DNA of 13,765 nucleotides from Polyangiales bacterium (GTDB lineage Bacteria > Myxococcota_A > Polyangia > Polyangiales > Houyiibacteriaceae), in contig JBGCFM010000115.1 of NCBI GenBank assembly GCA_045106895.1, forward strand, positions 1-13,765, given 5' to 3'. Within the stretch, counting starts at the first letter, position 1. Every line of letters begins with the position of its first letter. This document shows, one piece after another, positions 1-8,263 of the stretch. Both the position numbers and the translations under genes were made by a program. The notes under the pieces were generated by a model, which worked only from the letters and a program-made list of their open reading frames with translations, had not been told where the DNA came from and did no database searches.

Positions 1-1
1 G

Positions 2-172
2 ATGGGTTTCCAACTGCGTCTGTCCACGTCTGGGATTCTGGCGACGGCCGACGCGCTCATGCTCGCGCATCTCATGAAGCAGCCTGAGAACCTGCATTCG
101 CTGGCGCAGACGTTTCAGTCCCTCGCGCACCTCGCTTCGCATTTGGGCCCGCCGGCGTCGCCGATTCGTTAG
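2..172 (+). CDS. 3' end of a hypothetical protein, probably truncated by the window edge
   Basis: Frame open from position 2 (MGFQLRLSTSGILATADALMLAHLMKQPENLHSLAQTFQSLAHLASHLGPPASPIR) to TAG at 170-172. This stop overlaps the stop of the convergent gene (TTAG at 169-172). Confidence 0.55.
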   Translation: MGFQLRLSTSGILATADALMLAHLMKQPENLHSLAQTFQSLAHLASHLGPPASPIR

Positions 173-2163
173 AAGCTGGGCTGCGGGACCGGCAGCGTGG
201 TTCCGTCGAAGTTGCGTTCGTTTCGTTCTAGCGTGACCTCGTTGAGAAGCCGATCGGTGTCGTAGTTCTCGTCTTGTACGTTGAGGCCCACTTGGGAGCG
301 CGTAATCGAGCCGCGACGTAAGTCGACGCTCGCGATCGGTCCTTCCAGCGCGCCCACCTGTACTCCAATCAACGCCGCGCGTTCGATGCGAAAGCCATCG
401 ACGTCCACGCGTGCACCGTCATAGGCGCCCAGGCCGATACCTCCGAGAAAAGACAGGCAGCGGCGGTCGAAGCATGCGGAGGGTCGGCTATTGTCGATTC
501 GTAGCTCACGAAAGCTCACGTCTGCGTCCCCGATGATCATCGCACCAATGTACGAGGCTTGCTGAATCTCAACGCGTTCTACGTCGACGTCGCCGCCGTT
601 GCGTACGACCATGCCCGCGCCTACTCCGCTGGTTTCTTCAAAGAGCGTATCGGCGATGAGCAGGTCAGTTCCGCGCACAGACGCCGAACCGACTTCGAGC
701 CCCGAGTCCGAGCTGCCCTCGATTTGCAAACGCCGAAAGGTAAGCTCCGCTCCGCTCTGAACGCGTACCGCGCTTGTGAGCGGGCCTTCGTCATCGGGGT
801 TGTAGGTTCCGGAGGCGTAGACATCTTCAAAGTCGAAGACGCCACCACGTTCGGCGCGAAATTCATGAACGAGGGACCCGGAAGACTCGACGCGTCGAAG
901 AAGAGCGCGGGCGTCGTCGGCAACGAACACTCCGTAGCCGCGCGATTCGTCGACGCCTTCGGCAAAGGACAGAATGACATCGGTGAGATCGACGCTTGTC
1001 CCTTCATTGACGGCCACAACGTTGATGTCTGACCCGTACAGAGTGCTGCTCCGAATGCTCGCTCTCGCACCGTCGTTGACGAGCACGCCCACGGCCCGGT
1101 CCCCGATGGCGAAACCGACAGCACACGACTCCATTTCGGCGAAGCTTCCTTCGTCGCTGACCACGACTCCGAAATCAAAAGGCTCTTGGATGTCAACGCG
1201 GCGAAGAAGCGCTCGTGCGCCCCGCTCGACCTCGATGCCATGGCCGCCGGAGACTCGTTGGCCCGTCGTGATTGGCTTCAGCACGGCGTCCGTCAGTTCG
1301 AGGAGAGCGTCGCTTCCTTCCACATCAAACTGCTCGCTGTCGAAACCTTCGACGGCGACGAACTCCGCTCGGAGCGTTCCTCGCACGGTGAAGGCGGTGT
1401 GCAGATCGTCGATGTCCTCTACGCCGCCTCGTGCGAGAACTTCACGCAAGGAAGCTTCGCCAAGCACAACCAGGGCTCCTCCGGCCACTCCGAGAAATGC
1501 GACGAGCTCGAAACTCGTCGTCGCGTCGGTCTCGACAAAGCCCGCGACGTAGGTGTCGCGAAAGGTCAGGTTTCGCACGTTCGCGCGGCCATGAAAACTA
1601 AACGTGGGAACGTTCTCGGCGCCGCGAATGAACGTGTCCGATGCACAACGTCCGAGCAGACTTATGCCGTTCAGCTCGAGGGTCTCGTCGGCCATGATGT
1701 GCTCGCCGGGTTCGAGGACGAGGGTGTCGCCGCTCTCCGCGACGGCAGCCGCTTCGGCGATGGTGCCAAAAGGAGACTCCTCGCTTCCATCGCCTCCCGC
1801 GGCATCTGGGCGGACAAAGAAGCGAGGGCCGTCAGCGCTTGGGAGTGGATCACTGCACAACGTGCCGACGCGCTGGCATTCGTCGCTACCCACGAAGCGT
1901 GCCGTCGGACCTTCGCATGAGTCGCGCGTTCCATGGTCCGTCGAATCGCAGAGACGGGAGGAGCCGCCACGCTGAGACGCGTACGAGAACCAACCCGCCG
2001 GACACTCCAGAACAGGCCGCGTTGCCTCGGCGGCGTTGGCCACGCTTGGGAGCTCCGCGTCCCTTGTCACGGCGGAGTCCATTCCCGCGTCCATCATCAT
2101 TGGGGCAGTGTCGTCGCCGCAGGCGCACGCGAGAACCAAGAGGGCTGCCAGACGCAAACGCAT
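169..2163 (-). CDS. Lipoprotein with a DUF1565-like N-terminal motif and right-handed parallel beta-helix (pectin lyase-like) repeats
   Basis: ORF 169..2193; the ATG at 2163 is preferred because it gives the signal peptide MRLRLAALLVLACAC-GDD followed by a 'DAG' linker. After a Cys-rich segment comes FVRPDAAGGDGSEESPFGTIAEAAAVAESGDTLVLEPGEH (DUF1565-type), then many GxGxxV...GAxAxLxxV repeats. Confidence 0.8.
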   Translation of the reverse strand: MRLRLAALLVLACACGDDTAPMMMDAGMDSAVTRDAELPSVANAAEATRPVLECPAGWFSYASQRGGSSRLCDSTDHGTRDSCEGPTARFVGSDECQRVGTLCSDPLPSADGPRFFVRPDAAGGDGSEESPFGTIAEAAAVAESGDTLVLEPGEHIMADETLELNGISLLGRCASDTFIRGAENVPTFSFHGRANVRNLTFRDTYVAGFVETDATTSFELVAFLGVAGGALVVLGEASLREVLARGGVEDIDDLHTAFTVRGTLRAEFVAVEGFDSEQFDVEGSDALLELTDAVLKPITTGQRVSGGHGIEVERGARALLRRVDIQEPFDFGVVVSDEGSFAEMESCAVGFAIGDRAVGVLVNDGARASIRSSTLYGSDINVVAVNEGTSVDLTDVILSFAEGVDESRGYGVFVADDARALLRRVESSGSLVHEFRAERGGVFDFEDVYASGTYNPDDEGPLTSAVRVQSGAELTFRRLQIEGSSDSGLEVGSASVRGTDLLIADTLFEETSGVGAGMVVRNGGDVDVERVEIQQASYIGAMIIGDADVSFRELRIDNSRPSACFDRRCLSFLGGIGLGAYDGARVDVDGFRIERAALIGVQVGALEGPIASVDLRRGSITRSQVGLNVQDENYDTDRLLNEVTLERNERNFDGTTLPVPQPSF

Positions 2164-2204
2164 GGCGGAGCCTGAATCAGCCCTTCGCGACATGCAATGT
2201 TCTC

Positions 2205-4640
2205 CTAGCGCAGGTCGAGAAGGTAAGCGCTTCCCCGAGTCACGATGACGTCGCGCAGTCCGAGCTTTCGTAGGCTTGCGATGGCCACACGAAGACGGTT
2301 CGCGGCGGCGCCGGACACCATGCGTTCGCCAGGCCAGACCGCGGCGATCAGATCATCGCGTGGCACGGCTACTCCCGCTGAGTTCCGGTGGGCGTCTGCC
2401 AGAGCACAGAGAGTTCGCTTCAGAAGGTCTCGTTCGCTCAGGTCGACGACCACGCCAAGCGACGTCGTGAAACTTGAGCCATCCGTCGCCACTTGGACTT
2501 GGCCGCCAGGCGTCGACTTCTGCGCGGCTGGCCGAAGCGTCGGGTGAATTGCCGCGCACACATCGACGAGGCGGCAGCGAAGCGCTTCGGCTTCAAGCTC
2601 CGCGACCTCGGCGTGTTCTTCGGCGCCGGAATGCTCGGCTCGCACGAGCAGGCTGCGGTGGAAGCGGACGATGCTTGAGAAGACAGTATCGCCACTCGCC
2701 GCGATTCGTTCGTCGGCTTCGCGGAGCAAAGAGCGGGCTTGCTCCAGGGCGCCCTCGTGTATGGCGATCACAGCCATATACGACGTGAAGTACCCGTAGA
2801 AGCGGTCGTCACCCGCGAGTAGCTCACGCGCGTGTCGGAGACCTTTGAGCGACTCCGCGCTCTCGGCGCCGTTTTGGTGCTGCGCCATCGCGCGATAGCC
2901 GAGAAAGCCTCCTTCATACCAGCGCGCGCCGAGCTTTCGAAACGTCCGTAGAGCGTCGTCGTAGTGAGCGATGGCGTCGGCGAAGCGGGCCTGTTTGTGA
3001 GCGATGAGACCGAAGTTTGCTTCGCTGAATGCGATGCCAAACACATCGCCGACTTCTTCGTGGATCGCCTGCGCCTGCGCAAGGGAGAACGTCGCATCGT
3101 CCATGCGGTCGAGATCAGCGAAAACATTCCCGAGGTACGCCAGAGCCATGCCTTCTTCGCGCATCTCGCCAAGTCGACGGAACTCAGCCAGCGCTCGTTC
3201 GAGAGCGTCGCGGCAGTCATCGAGTCGGCCGCTCGGTCCCAGGGCAGCGGCGCGAACCATCAGAAGAGGTCCTAAGGTGCCGCCACTCTGTTCCGTGAGG
3301 CCGGCATCCGTGCATCGAATCGCGGCGTCCAACTCCCCGCGCAAGAGCGCGAGCTTGGCCATCAGGCGTGCGCGCTCTTCCGGCGGTGCATTCTCGAGCT
3401 CGTCGATGGCTGCTTGGGCACCAACCGTGTCTCCGTACAGAGCGAGTGCCTCTGCACGAAAGAGCTGCGCGCGTATCCAAGCGTCACTTGGCGTCTTGGG
3501 CTTCGCTTGAGACTCGACGAGGCTGACGAATTCGCGCAGGGGACCGCGCGCCAGAACGAGGGGACCGAGCGCCGCACACGCGACGAGGCGCGTCGCCGCT
3601 TCGCCGACCTCCGCCGCACGCCAGATATTGCGCCGTTCGCGTTGGAGCTCGGACCAAGCACGTTTTGCGTCCGCCCCACGGACTTCGGGGCTTGTTGCGG
3701 CGCCGACGCCGGCGAAGTACTCGGCAAAACGAACCTGCGTCTCCGCGTCGACGTCCGTGAGTGCTTGAATGCACTCGCGAACGCTCCAGGAGAGTGAGAA
3801 GCGCCCGCCTTCCTCCGCTTTGAGGAGCGAGTGCTCGAAGAGGTGTTGAAGGCAGTCGACGGCGGAATCGGCGCCAAACTCGAGGACGGCTTCGGCGGCT
3901 TCGAGATCGAACCCTCCACGAAACACCGTTGCTTGTGTCAAAACCTGTTGCTCGTCGGCGCTCAGAAGCGACCAAGAAGACTCGACGGCGCTGCGAAGGG
4001 CGCCGGAGTCGCCGAGGGCGTTGGGCCGCGTTCGCAGGTGGTCGAGAAGACGCACGGGACCCAGAAGGACGAGGCGGGGGGCGGCGAGTTCAAGCGCCAG
4101 CGGGCTGCCATCGAGATGGCGAACGATGTCTCCAAGGAGTGCGGCGTCGGTCTTGACTCGGAAACCGTGTCGGAACTCGGCTGCGCGCGTCAGCAGCAAG
4201 TCGACGCTGGCGGATTCATCGCCGTCGGTGGGCAATGGGCCCAGGTGAATGGCTGGACCTGTGAAATCTAAGCGTCTTCGAGAAGTCACCAGGAAGCGCA
4301 CGCCAAGCTTGGACCACGCGCTCACCTGCTTCAGAGCTTCTGGCGTTGCCCCTTCGAACGAGTCGATGAGAACAAGAGGGCTGGGGAGAGCTTTGAGAGC
4401 GCGACCTAGATCTCCACCACCAAGCGCTAGGCCCAGCTCTTCACGCAGCGCATTGTGTAGGGCTTCGAGCTCGCCGCGCGTATCGAGCGTCAGTGCAACG
4501 TGCGGCTGGGAAGCGAGCCACGCACGAGCGAGATGGCTCTTGCCGATGCCGGGCGCGCCGCAGAGCGTCACGATCTGCGAAGTCGAGAAGGCTTCATCGA
4601 GAGCTTGCTTCTCTTGCTCGCGGCCGATGGTCACCATCAT
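2205..4640 (-). CDS. STAND-class (NB-ARC-like, COG3903-type) ATPase with TPR repeats and a C-terminal winged helix-turn-helix; probable transcriptional regulator
   Basis: N-terminal GRExE, Walker A GAPGIGKS, Walker B LVLIDSFE, LVTSR sensor, GSPLALELAA (GxPLA motif), SWSLLS and VFRGGFDLEAAEAV. TPR-like helices follow, then a C-terminal wHTH (VPRDDLIAAVWPGE...NRLRVAIASLRKLG...IVTRGSAYLL). Start is 4640 or 4637. Confidence 0.88.
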   Translation of the reverse strand: MMVTIGREQEKQALDEAFSTSQIVTLCGAPGIGKSHLARAWLASQPHVALTLDTRGELEALHNALREELGLALGGGDLGRALKALPSPLVLIDSFEGATPEALKQVSAWSKLGVRFLVTSRRRLDFTGPAIHLGPLPTDGDESASVDLLLTRAAEFRHGFRVKTDAALLGDIVRHLDGSPLALELAAPRLVLLGPVRLLDHLRTRPNALGDSGALRSAVESSWSLLSADEQQVLTQATVFRGGFDLEAAEAVLEFGADSAVDCLQHLFEHSLLKAEEGGRFSLSWSVRECIQALTDVDAETQVRFAEYFAGVGAATSPEVRGADAKRAWSELQRERRNIWRAAEVGEAATRLVACAALGPLVLARGPLREFVSLVESQAKPKTPSDAWIRAQLFRAEALALYGDTVGAQAAIDELENAPPEERARLMAKLALLRGELDAAIRCTDAGLTEQSGGTLGPLLMVRAAALGPSGRLDDCRDALERALAEFRRLGEMREEGMALAYLGNVFADLDRMDDATFSLAQAQAIHEEVGDVFGIAFSEANFGLIAHKQARFADAIAHYDDALRTFRKLGARWYEGGFLGYRAMAQHQNGAESAESLKGLRHARELLAGDDRFYGYFTSYMAVIAIHEGALEQARSLLREADERIAASGDTVFSSIVRFHRSLLVRAEHSGAEEHAEVAELEAEALRCRLVDVCAAIHPTLRPAAQKSTPGGQVQVATDGSSFTTSLGVVVDLSERDLLKRTLCALADAHRNSAGVAVPRDDLIAAVWPGERMVSGAAANRLRVAIASLRKLGLRDVIVTRGSAYLLDLR

Positions 4641-4682
4641 CCGGGCGACTCTATCGCGAATTAGCCACGCCCGCAGCGTGTC

Positions 4683-5972
4683 TTAGCGGTCCGCGCTTGG
4701 GATGCTGTCTTCCAGAAGTGAACCCACTAGATCGAGCGGCAGGCTCTGAGCCGTGTCGTTGGTCTGGGTCGTGGCGTCTCGCGTCACCGCCGCGTCCCAA
4801 CCGCGAGCGACTGTTCCATCTTGCTGAACGAGGGCACCAAGCGATTCACCTTCCACGGAGAGAGAACGTACTTGGACATTGGCGATGGGCTGAGATGCGA
4901 GGTCTACGACAAGCCCTACGCGCTCGTTCCCCGTGAGCGAGAGGCCTTCGATGGTGACGCCCAAGGGATCGTTGATCTGGACGCCATCGCCTGTCGTGAC
5001 ACTTCGGTCTCCGGCGTGCAGCGCTTGCTGCAGTGTTGTCCCCGTGATCAAGCCTTCGTTGATCGTCAGCGTCGAGCTTTGGGACACGAGGCCGGCGAGG
5101 CCGTTGTCCATCATGCTGATCCGGTCGAATTGCATCTCCGAGGTGCGCTGAATCCATGCGCCTCCGAAGGAGCAGGACTCCACCAATAGGTCACTTTGGA
5201 CGCCGCTGGAGTCGTCGGCGAGGAGCCCGAGTCCTTCGCTGCCGCGGATCTCTACGCCGTCGCTCGTGAAGTTGGTCTCCGTCGCGAGGATGCCGTAGGA
5301 CGGGTAAGGCTGAATCCCTTGGAGCATGTTCTCGATGCTCACGTCGGTCATCGTCAACGTGGAGCCCGACGCGTAGACGCCGGTGCCGACAACGTCGCGA
5401 ACGAAGCCTTCATCCCAGTGGAGAGTGCTGTTCTGAACAATGACCCCCCATGGCCCGCCTTGGAGTACCCCCACATCGATGAAATCGATCGTGACGTCTT
5501 CGAGCACCACGAGAAAGTGGCCGTCTTCGGGTGCGGCGAGCGGCGGAATCGCGTCCGCACGTAGCGGGTCGAGGGCGCCCTCCACGCGAACGTTCGACCA
5601 CGTGCCTTCCGCGCCGACGGCGCTGATTCCGACGCCACCGTCCACGTTTACGTTCACCGCGGAAAGCGAGTGCATTCCTGGGGAGAGAACGACGCCGCGA
5701 CCGTTTGAAACGGTGACCTCGACGTTGCTGAGCGAAGCGCCCGCTTCAAGGACGAGAACGTCGCCGCTTCCGGCGATGCGCGAGCCAGCCACTCCGACGA
5801 GGGACACGCCGGCGGGCACCGTCGCTTGCACGTCTTGAAACTCGCAGGCCGCGAGCGTGACCACGTCTCCATTCGACGCGTTGCCCAGGGCTTCGACAAG
5901 CTCCGCGCTCGTGCACGGGACGACATCACCACAGGCCACAAGAAAGAACACGATGCAAAGACTGACGCGCAT
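4683..5972 (-). CDS. Lipoprotein with right-handed parallel beta-helix repeats
   Basis: ORF 4683..6011; the ATG at 5972 is preferred because it gives the lipobox MRVSLCIVFFLVA-C-GD. Cap motif ELVEALGNASNGDVVTL...VPAGVSLVG, followed by ~22-24-aa GxGxxx repeats (e.g. NGLAGLV, GDGVQI, NERVGLVV). Confidence 0.8.
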   Translation of the reverse strand: MRVSLCIVFFLVACGDVVPCTSAELVEALGNASNGDVVTLAACEFQDVQATVPAGVSLVGVAGSRIAGSGDVLVLEAGASLSNVEVTVSNGRGVVLSPGMHSLSAVNVNVDGGVGISAVGAEGTWSNVRVEGALDPLRADAIPPLAAPEDGHFLVVLEDVTIDFIDVGVLQGGPWGVIVQNSTLHWDEGFVRDVVGTGVYASGSTLTMTDVSIENMLQGIQPYPSYGILATETNFTSDGVEIRGSEGLGLLADDSSGVQSDLLVESCSFGGAWIQRTSEMQFDRISMMDNGLAGLVSQSSTLTINEGLITGTTLQQALHAGDRSVTTGDGVQINDPLGVTIEGLSLTGNERVGLVVDLASQPIANVQVRSLSVEGESLGALVQQDGTVARGWDAAVTRDATTQTNDTAQSLPLDLVGSLLEDSIPSADR

Positions 5973-6022
5973 GAACCTACTACTAGCTCGCGACAAGGAG
6001 CACGTCAGCACTCTGGGGCCCG

Positions 6023-6051
6023 GATTAATTCGATTAATTGACGTTCATCGA
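6023..6051. promoter_or_regulatory. AT-rich putative operator/promoter element in the divergent intergenic region
   Basis: GATTAATT direct repeat at 6023-6030 and 6032-6039, overlapping TTGAC-N4-ATCGA (6038-6051). This patch stands out from the GC-rich background and lies between divergent starts at 5972 and 6124. Confidence 0.5.
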
Positions 6052-6113
6052 GCCCGCTTAACTCGTTTCTAACCATGTCCTGGAACATCTCTTGTCCGCC
6101 GCACCTCGCGGCT

Positions 6114-6118
6114 GGAGG
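6114..6118 (+). promoter_or_regulatory. Shine-Dalgarno sequence for the 6124 CDS
   Basis: GGAGG ends 5 nt upstream of ATG 6124. Confidence 0.7.
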
Positions 6119-6123
6119 TTCCT

Positions 6124-7080
6124 ATGAAGATTTCACCAAAGAAGACCGCTTTTCTCTACTTGATCGCCCTCTCGTTGCTCGCGGCGTGCGGCGACGATAC
6201 GTCTCCCGGCGCGGACGCCGGCCCTGGTTCGGACGCCGGGGTGGATGTGGCCATCGGCTTCGACGCCGGCGATGTGCCGGGGGCTGAGCTTATCGGCCGC
6301 TGGGCTGGAGTCACCATGCCCACGGACTTTAGCTTCGCCGATGGCCGGAGCGTGCGCCTTGACGAGACGTTCGAGTTCCGAGCAGACGGAAGCATGACCG
6401 GCGACTTCGCGGGTACCGACGCGACGACACGCTGTGTTGTCACCTATCGCCTCTCCGGGGAATGGGACCTGGCCGGGGACGCCCTCGCAGCCGAGTGGAC
6501 GAGCATTCGCTCCGCCACGGAGGGCTGCGATGACCCCGAGCTGGACGAAGACATGGCGGATGTCACCGCCGAAGAAGGAGACATCTGGGACGACGAACTC
6601 GACGGCATCTGGTCTGTCAGCGGCGACTCTATGACCATCGACAGCGTTGGGGGCCGGATCACTTACGCGCGCATTCGTAACCCTTGGGTGGCTCGCTGGA
6701 CCGGAGAGACAAGCGTCGACGACCTCGACTTTGCGGAGGGTCGTGAGGTGAACTTCGAAGAGATGTTCTGGCTGAACGCCGACGGGACAATGTTCGGCGC
6801 TTTCGGCGGAGAAGACACAGTGAGCGGTTGCTACGCAGACTACCGTTTGGTGGGCCGTTGGACGCTGAGCGGAAGCGACGCCATCGACGTCGCTTGGAGC
6901 AACATCAGCGCCGGGCTCTATGACTGCTTTGACGAAGAGCAGGACGAGCCACCGACCAACGTCGACGCCGAAGAGCTTCTCATTTGGGACGCTGAACTCG
7001 ACGGCAGCTGGACCGTGAGCGGGACGACGCTGCGCATCGTGGGGCCGTCCACGGACCTCGAATACCAGCGAGCGCTCTAA
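6124..7080 (+). CDS. Lipoprotein with two tandem lipocalin-like beta-barrel domains
   Basis: Lipobox LLAA-C-GDD with DAG linkers. Two ~130-aa repeats start LIGRW and WVARW; each has [FL]x[AN]DG[ST]M, GxW motifs, two Cys and a terminal YxR, a pattern typical of lipocalin-like domains. Confidence 0.75.
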   Translation: MKISPKKTAFLYLIALSLLAACGDDTSPGADAGPGSDAGVDVAIGFDAGDVPGAELIGRWAGVTMPTDFSFADGRSVRLDETFEFRADGSMTGDFAGTDATTRCVVTYRLSGEWDLAGDALAAEWTSIRSATEGCDDPELDEDMADVTAEEGDIWDDELDGIWSVSGDSMTIDSVGGRITYARIRNPWVARWTGETSVDDLDFAEGREVNFEEMFWLNADGTMFGAFGGEDTVSGCYADYRLVGRWTLSGSDAIDVAWSNISAGLYDCFDEEQDEPPTNVDAEELLIWDAELDGSWTVSGTTLRIVGPSTDLEYQRAL

Positions 7081-7088
7081 CCCAACGT

Positions 7089-7152
7089 TACGCGCGCAAG
7101 CGTGCGCGCGTACGGCGCCGGCGGCCTTCGGATTTCGCCGTCGGCCGTCGGC
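7089..7152 (+). terminator. Two consecutive GC-rich stem-loops after the 6124 gene (possible terminator or mRNA-stabilising element)
   Basis: Perfect 10-bp stem TACGCGCGCA-agcg-TGCGCGCGTA (7089-7112). Second stem GCCGGCGGCC (7117-7126) / GGCCGTCGGC (7143-7152) has one G-U pair and is followed by a pyrimidine-rich tract. There is no classical long U run. Confidence 0.45.
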
Positions 7153-7223
7153 ACCTCCTTTCGTCCCACCGTCTTCGTTCCTTAGCTTCACCTTGCGGCG
7201 TCCTCGCCGGAAAGCGCTCACGT

Positions 7224-7712
7224 ATGCGACACCTATCCCTTCTGTTTCTAGCTCTTTCTCTTCTCGCCGCGCCGGCTCTCACGGGTTGTTATCGCGTCAG
7301 CACTACACATGGGCGTGGTTCGGAGGTGACGGGGCGACGCGCGGATTACTCGCGTTGGCAACATCATCTCTTGGCCGGCTTGATTCGTGCGGGGGCGCAT
7401 GTCGACCTCGACCAGATATGTCCAGAAGGAGTCGCGGCGATTCGCACGGACGTCAGCTTCTTCAATGGGTTCGTCGCATGGCTGACGGGCGGCGTCTACA
7501 CGCCGACACGTCTGAAAGTCTGGTGTGAGCACGCGCCGGCACGCCCAGTCTTCCAGCCACAGCCCACGTATGGTCCTTCAGCGACGTTCGAGGTGCCCAT
7601 CGAGCGCGAAGACCTCGACGCGTGGGTTCAGACGCACCCGGATCAGGTCGAAGACTTTGCGAGCCTCGTTCGCTCGGAGCTTTTGGCGGCGCAGAGCGGA
7701 ACGCGTTTTTAG
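7224..7712 (+). CDS. Bor/Iss-family lipoprotein with a C-terminal extension
   Basis: Lipobox ALTG-C. The sequence HHLLAGL...VDLDQICPEG...SFFNGFVAWLTGGVYTP...VWC matches the lambda Bor pattern (HHFFVSGI...VDAAKIC...TFVNGLLGFITLGIYTP...VYC, recalled from memory). About 60 extra C-terminal residues follow. Confidence 0.82.
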   Translation: MRHLSLLFLALSLLAAPALTGCYRVSTTHGRGSEVTGRRADYSRWQHHLLAGLIRAGAHVDLDQICPEGVAAIRTDVSFFNGFVAWLTGGVYTPTRLKVWCEHAPARPVFQPQPTYGPSATFEVPIEREDLDAWVQTHPDQVEDFASLVRSELLAAQSGTRF

Positions 7713-8263
7713 AACGCCACACCGATGACCGTGTGGGCTGCCGGCGCCAACCCGGATGGCCCTTGTCCACGGAGCGAGTACGCCAAGTACTGAACTCCGA
7801 GTCCGCCGCCGAGGACAAGGCGCTTGTGGACCCAAGTGTAGCCCGCGAGGAGGGAGCCATAGCCGCCGACGCCGCCACCTTCGTCATCGCGGATGTAGGC
7901 GAGGACGCCGCGCACCATCACCCACGCGCCTTCGGGCGCCGCGCCATAAAAGAAGACGCGCAGTCCGAGCTCAGCGCCGTATCCGCGCACGCGGTCCAAG
8001 TCGGGGTCGCTCAGGATTGGGTTGGTGAAGACACGAAAGTTGGGCCCCATGTAGAGGGAGAGCCGGTCGCCGAAGGAACGTTCGAGTTGAACGTGCGCGT
8101 AGCCCAAGGCGAAGGTGAGGGGGTCCACGCTGAGGGTCCACCGGTAGCGCTCGCCTTGAACGGGCGCCTCTTGTTCCAGCTCGTGCTCAGTGGGCGCTTG
8201 ATCCGCGAAGGCGGTGGAAGCCAAGCAGCAAAGCACCATGGCAAGGGCGGTTCGGGTGATCAC
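7709..8263 (-). CDS. Small outer-membrane beta-barrel protein (DUF3575-like)
   Basis: Sec signal ending STAFA-DQ, alternating amphipathic strands (YGAELGLRVFF, LLAGYTW, LVLGGGLGVQY) and a C-terminal ...IGVAF with terminal Phe (BAM beta-signal). GTG start is uncertain. Confidence 0.75.
   Translation of the reverse strand: MITRTALAMVLCCLASTAFADQAPTEHELEQEAPVQGERYRWTLSVDPLTFALGYAHVQLERSFGDRLSLYMGPNFRVFTNPILSDPDLDRVRGYGAELGLRVFFYGAAPEGAWVMVRGVLAYIRDDEGGGVGGYGSLLAGYTWVHKRLVLGGGLGVQYLAYSLRGQGPSGLAPAAHTVIGVAF

Noticed and set aside
2205..4640. Avs/NLR-type antiphage defence system
   Set aside because: No N-terminal nuclease, TIR, SIR2 or protease effector. The C-terminal wHTH points to a transcriptional regulator, and there are no defence-island neighbours.
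5973..6011. Longer upstream starts given in the ORF track (6011, also 2193 and 8329)
   Set aside because: The downstream ATGs (5972, 2163, 8356) give canonical-length lipoprotein signal peptides.
7152..7162. 16S rRNA gene fragment
   Set aside because: Only 11 nt match the 3' tail and the upstream sequence lacks the conserved terminal helix. Kept only as a possible anti-SD motif.
7224..7712. Prophage remnant implied by the bor-like gene
   Set aside because: No lysis, structural, integrase or other phage genes, and no evident compositional shift.
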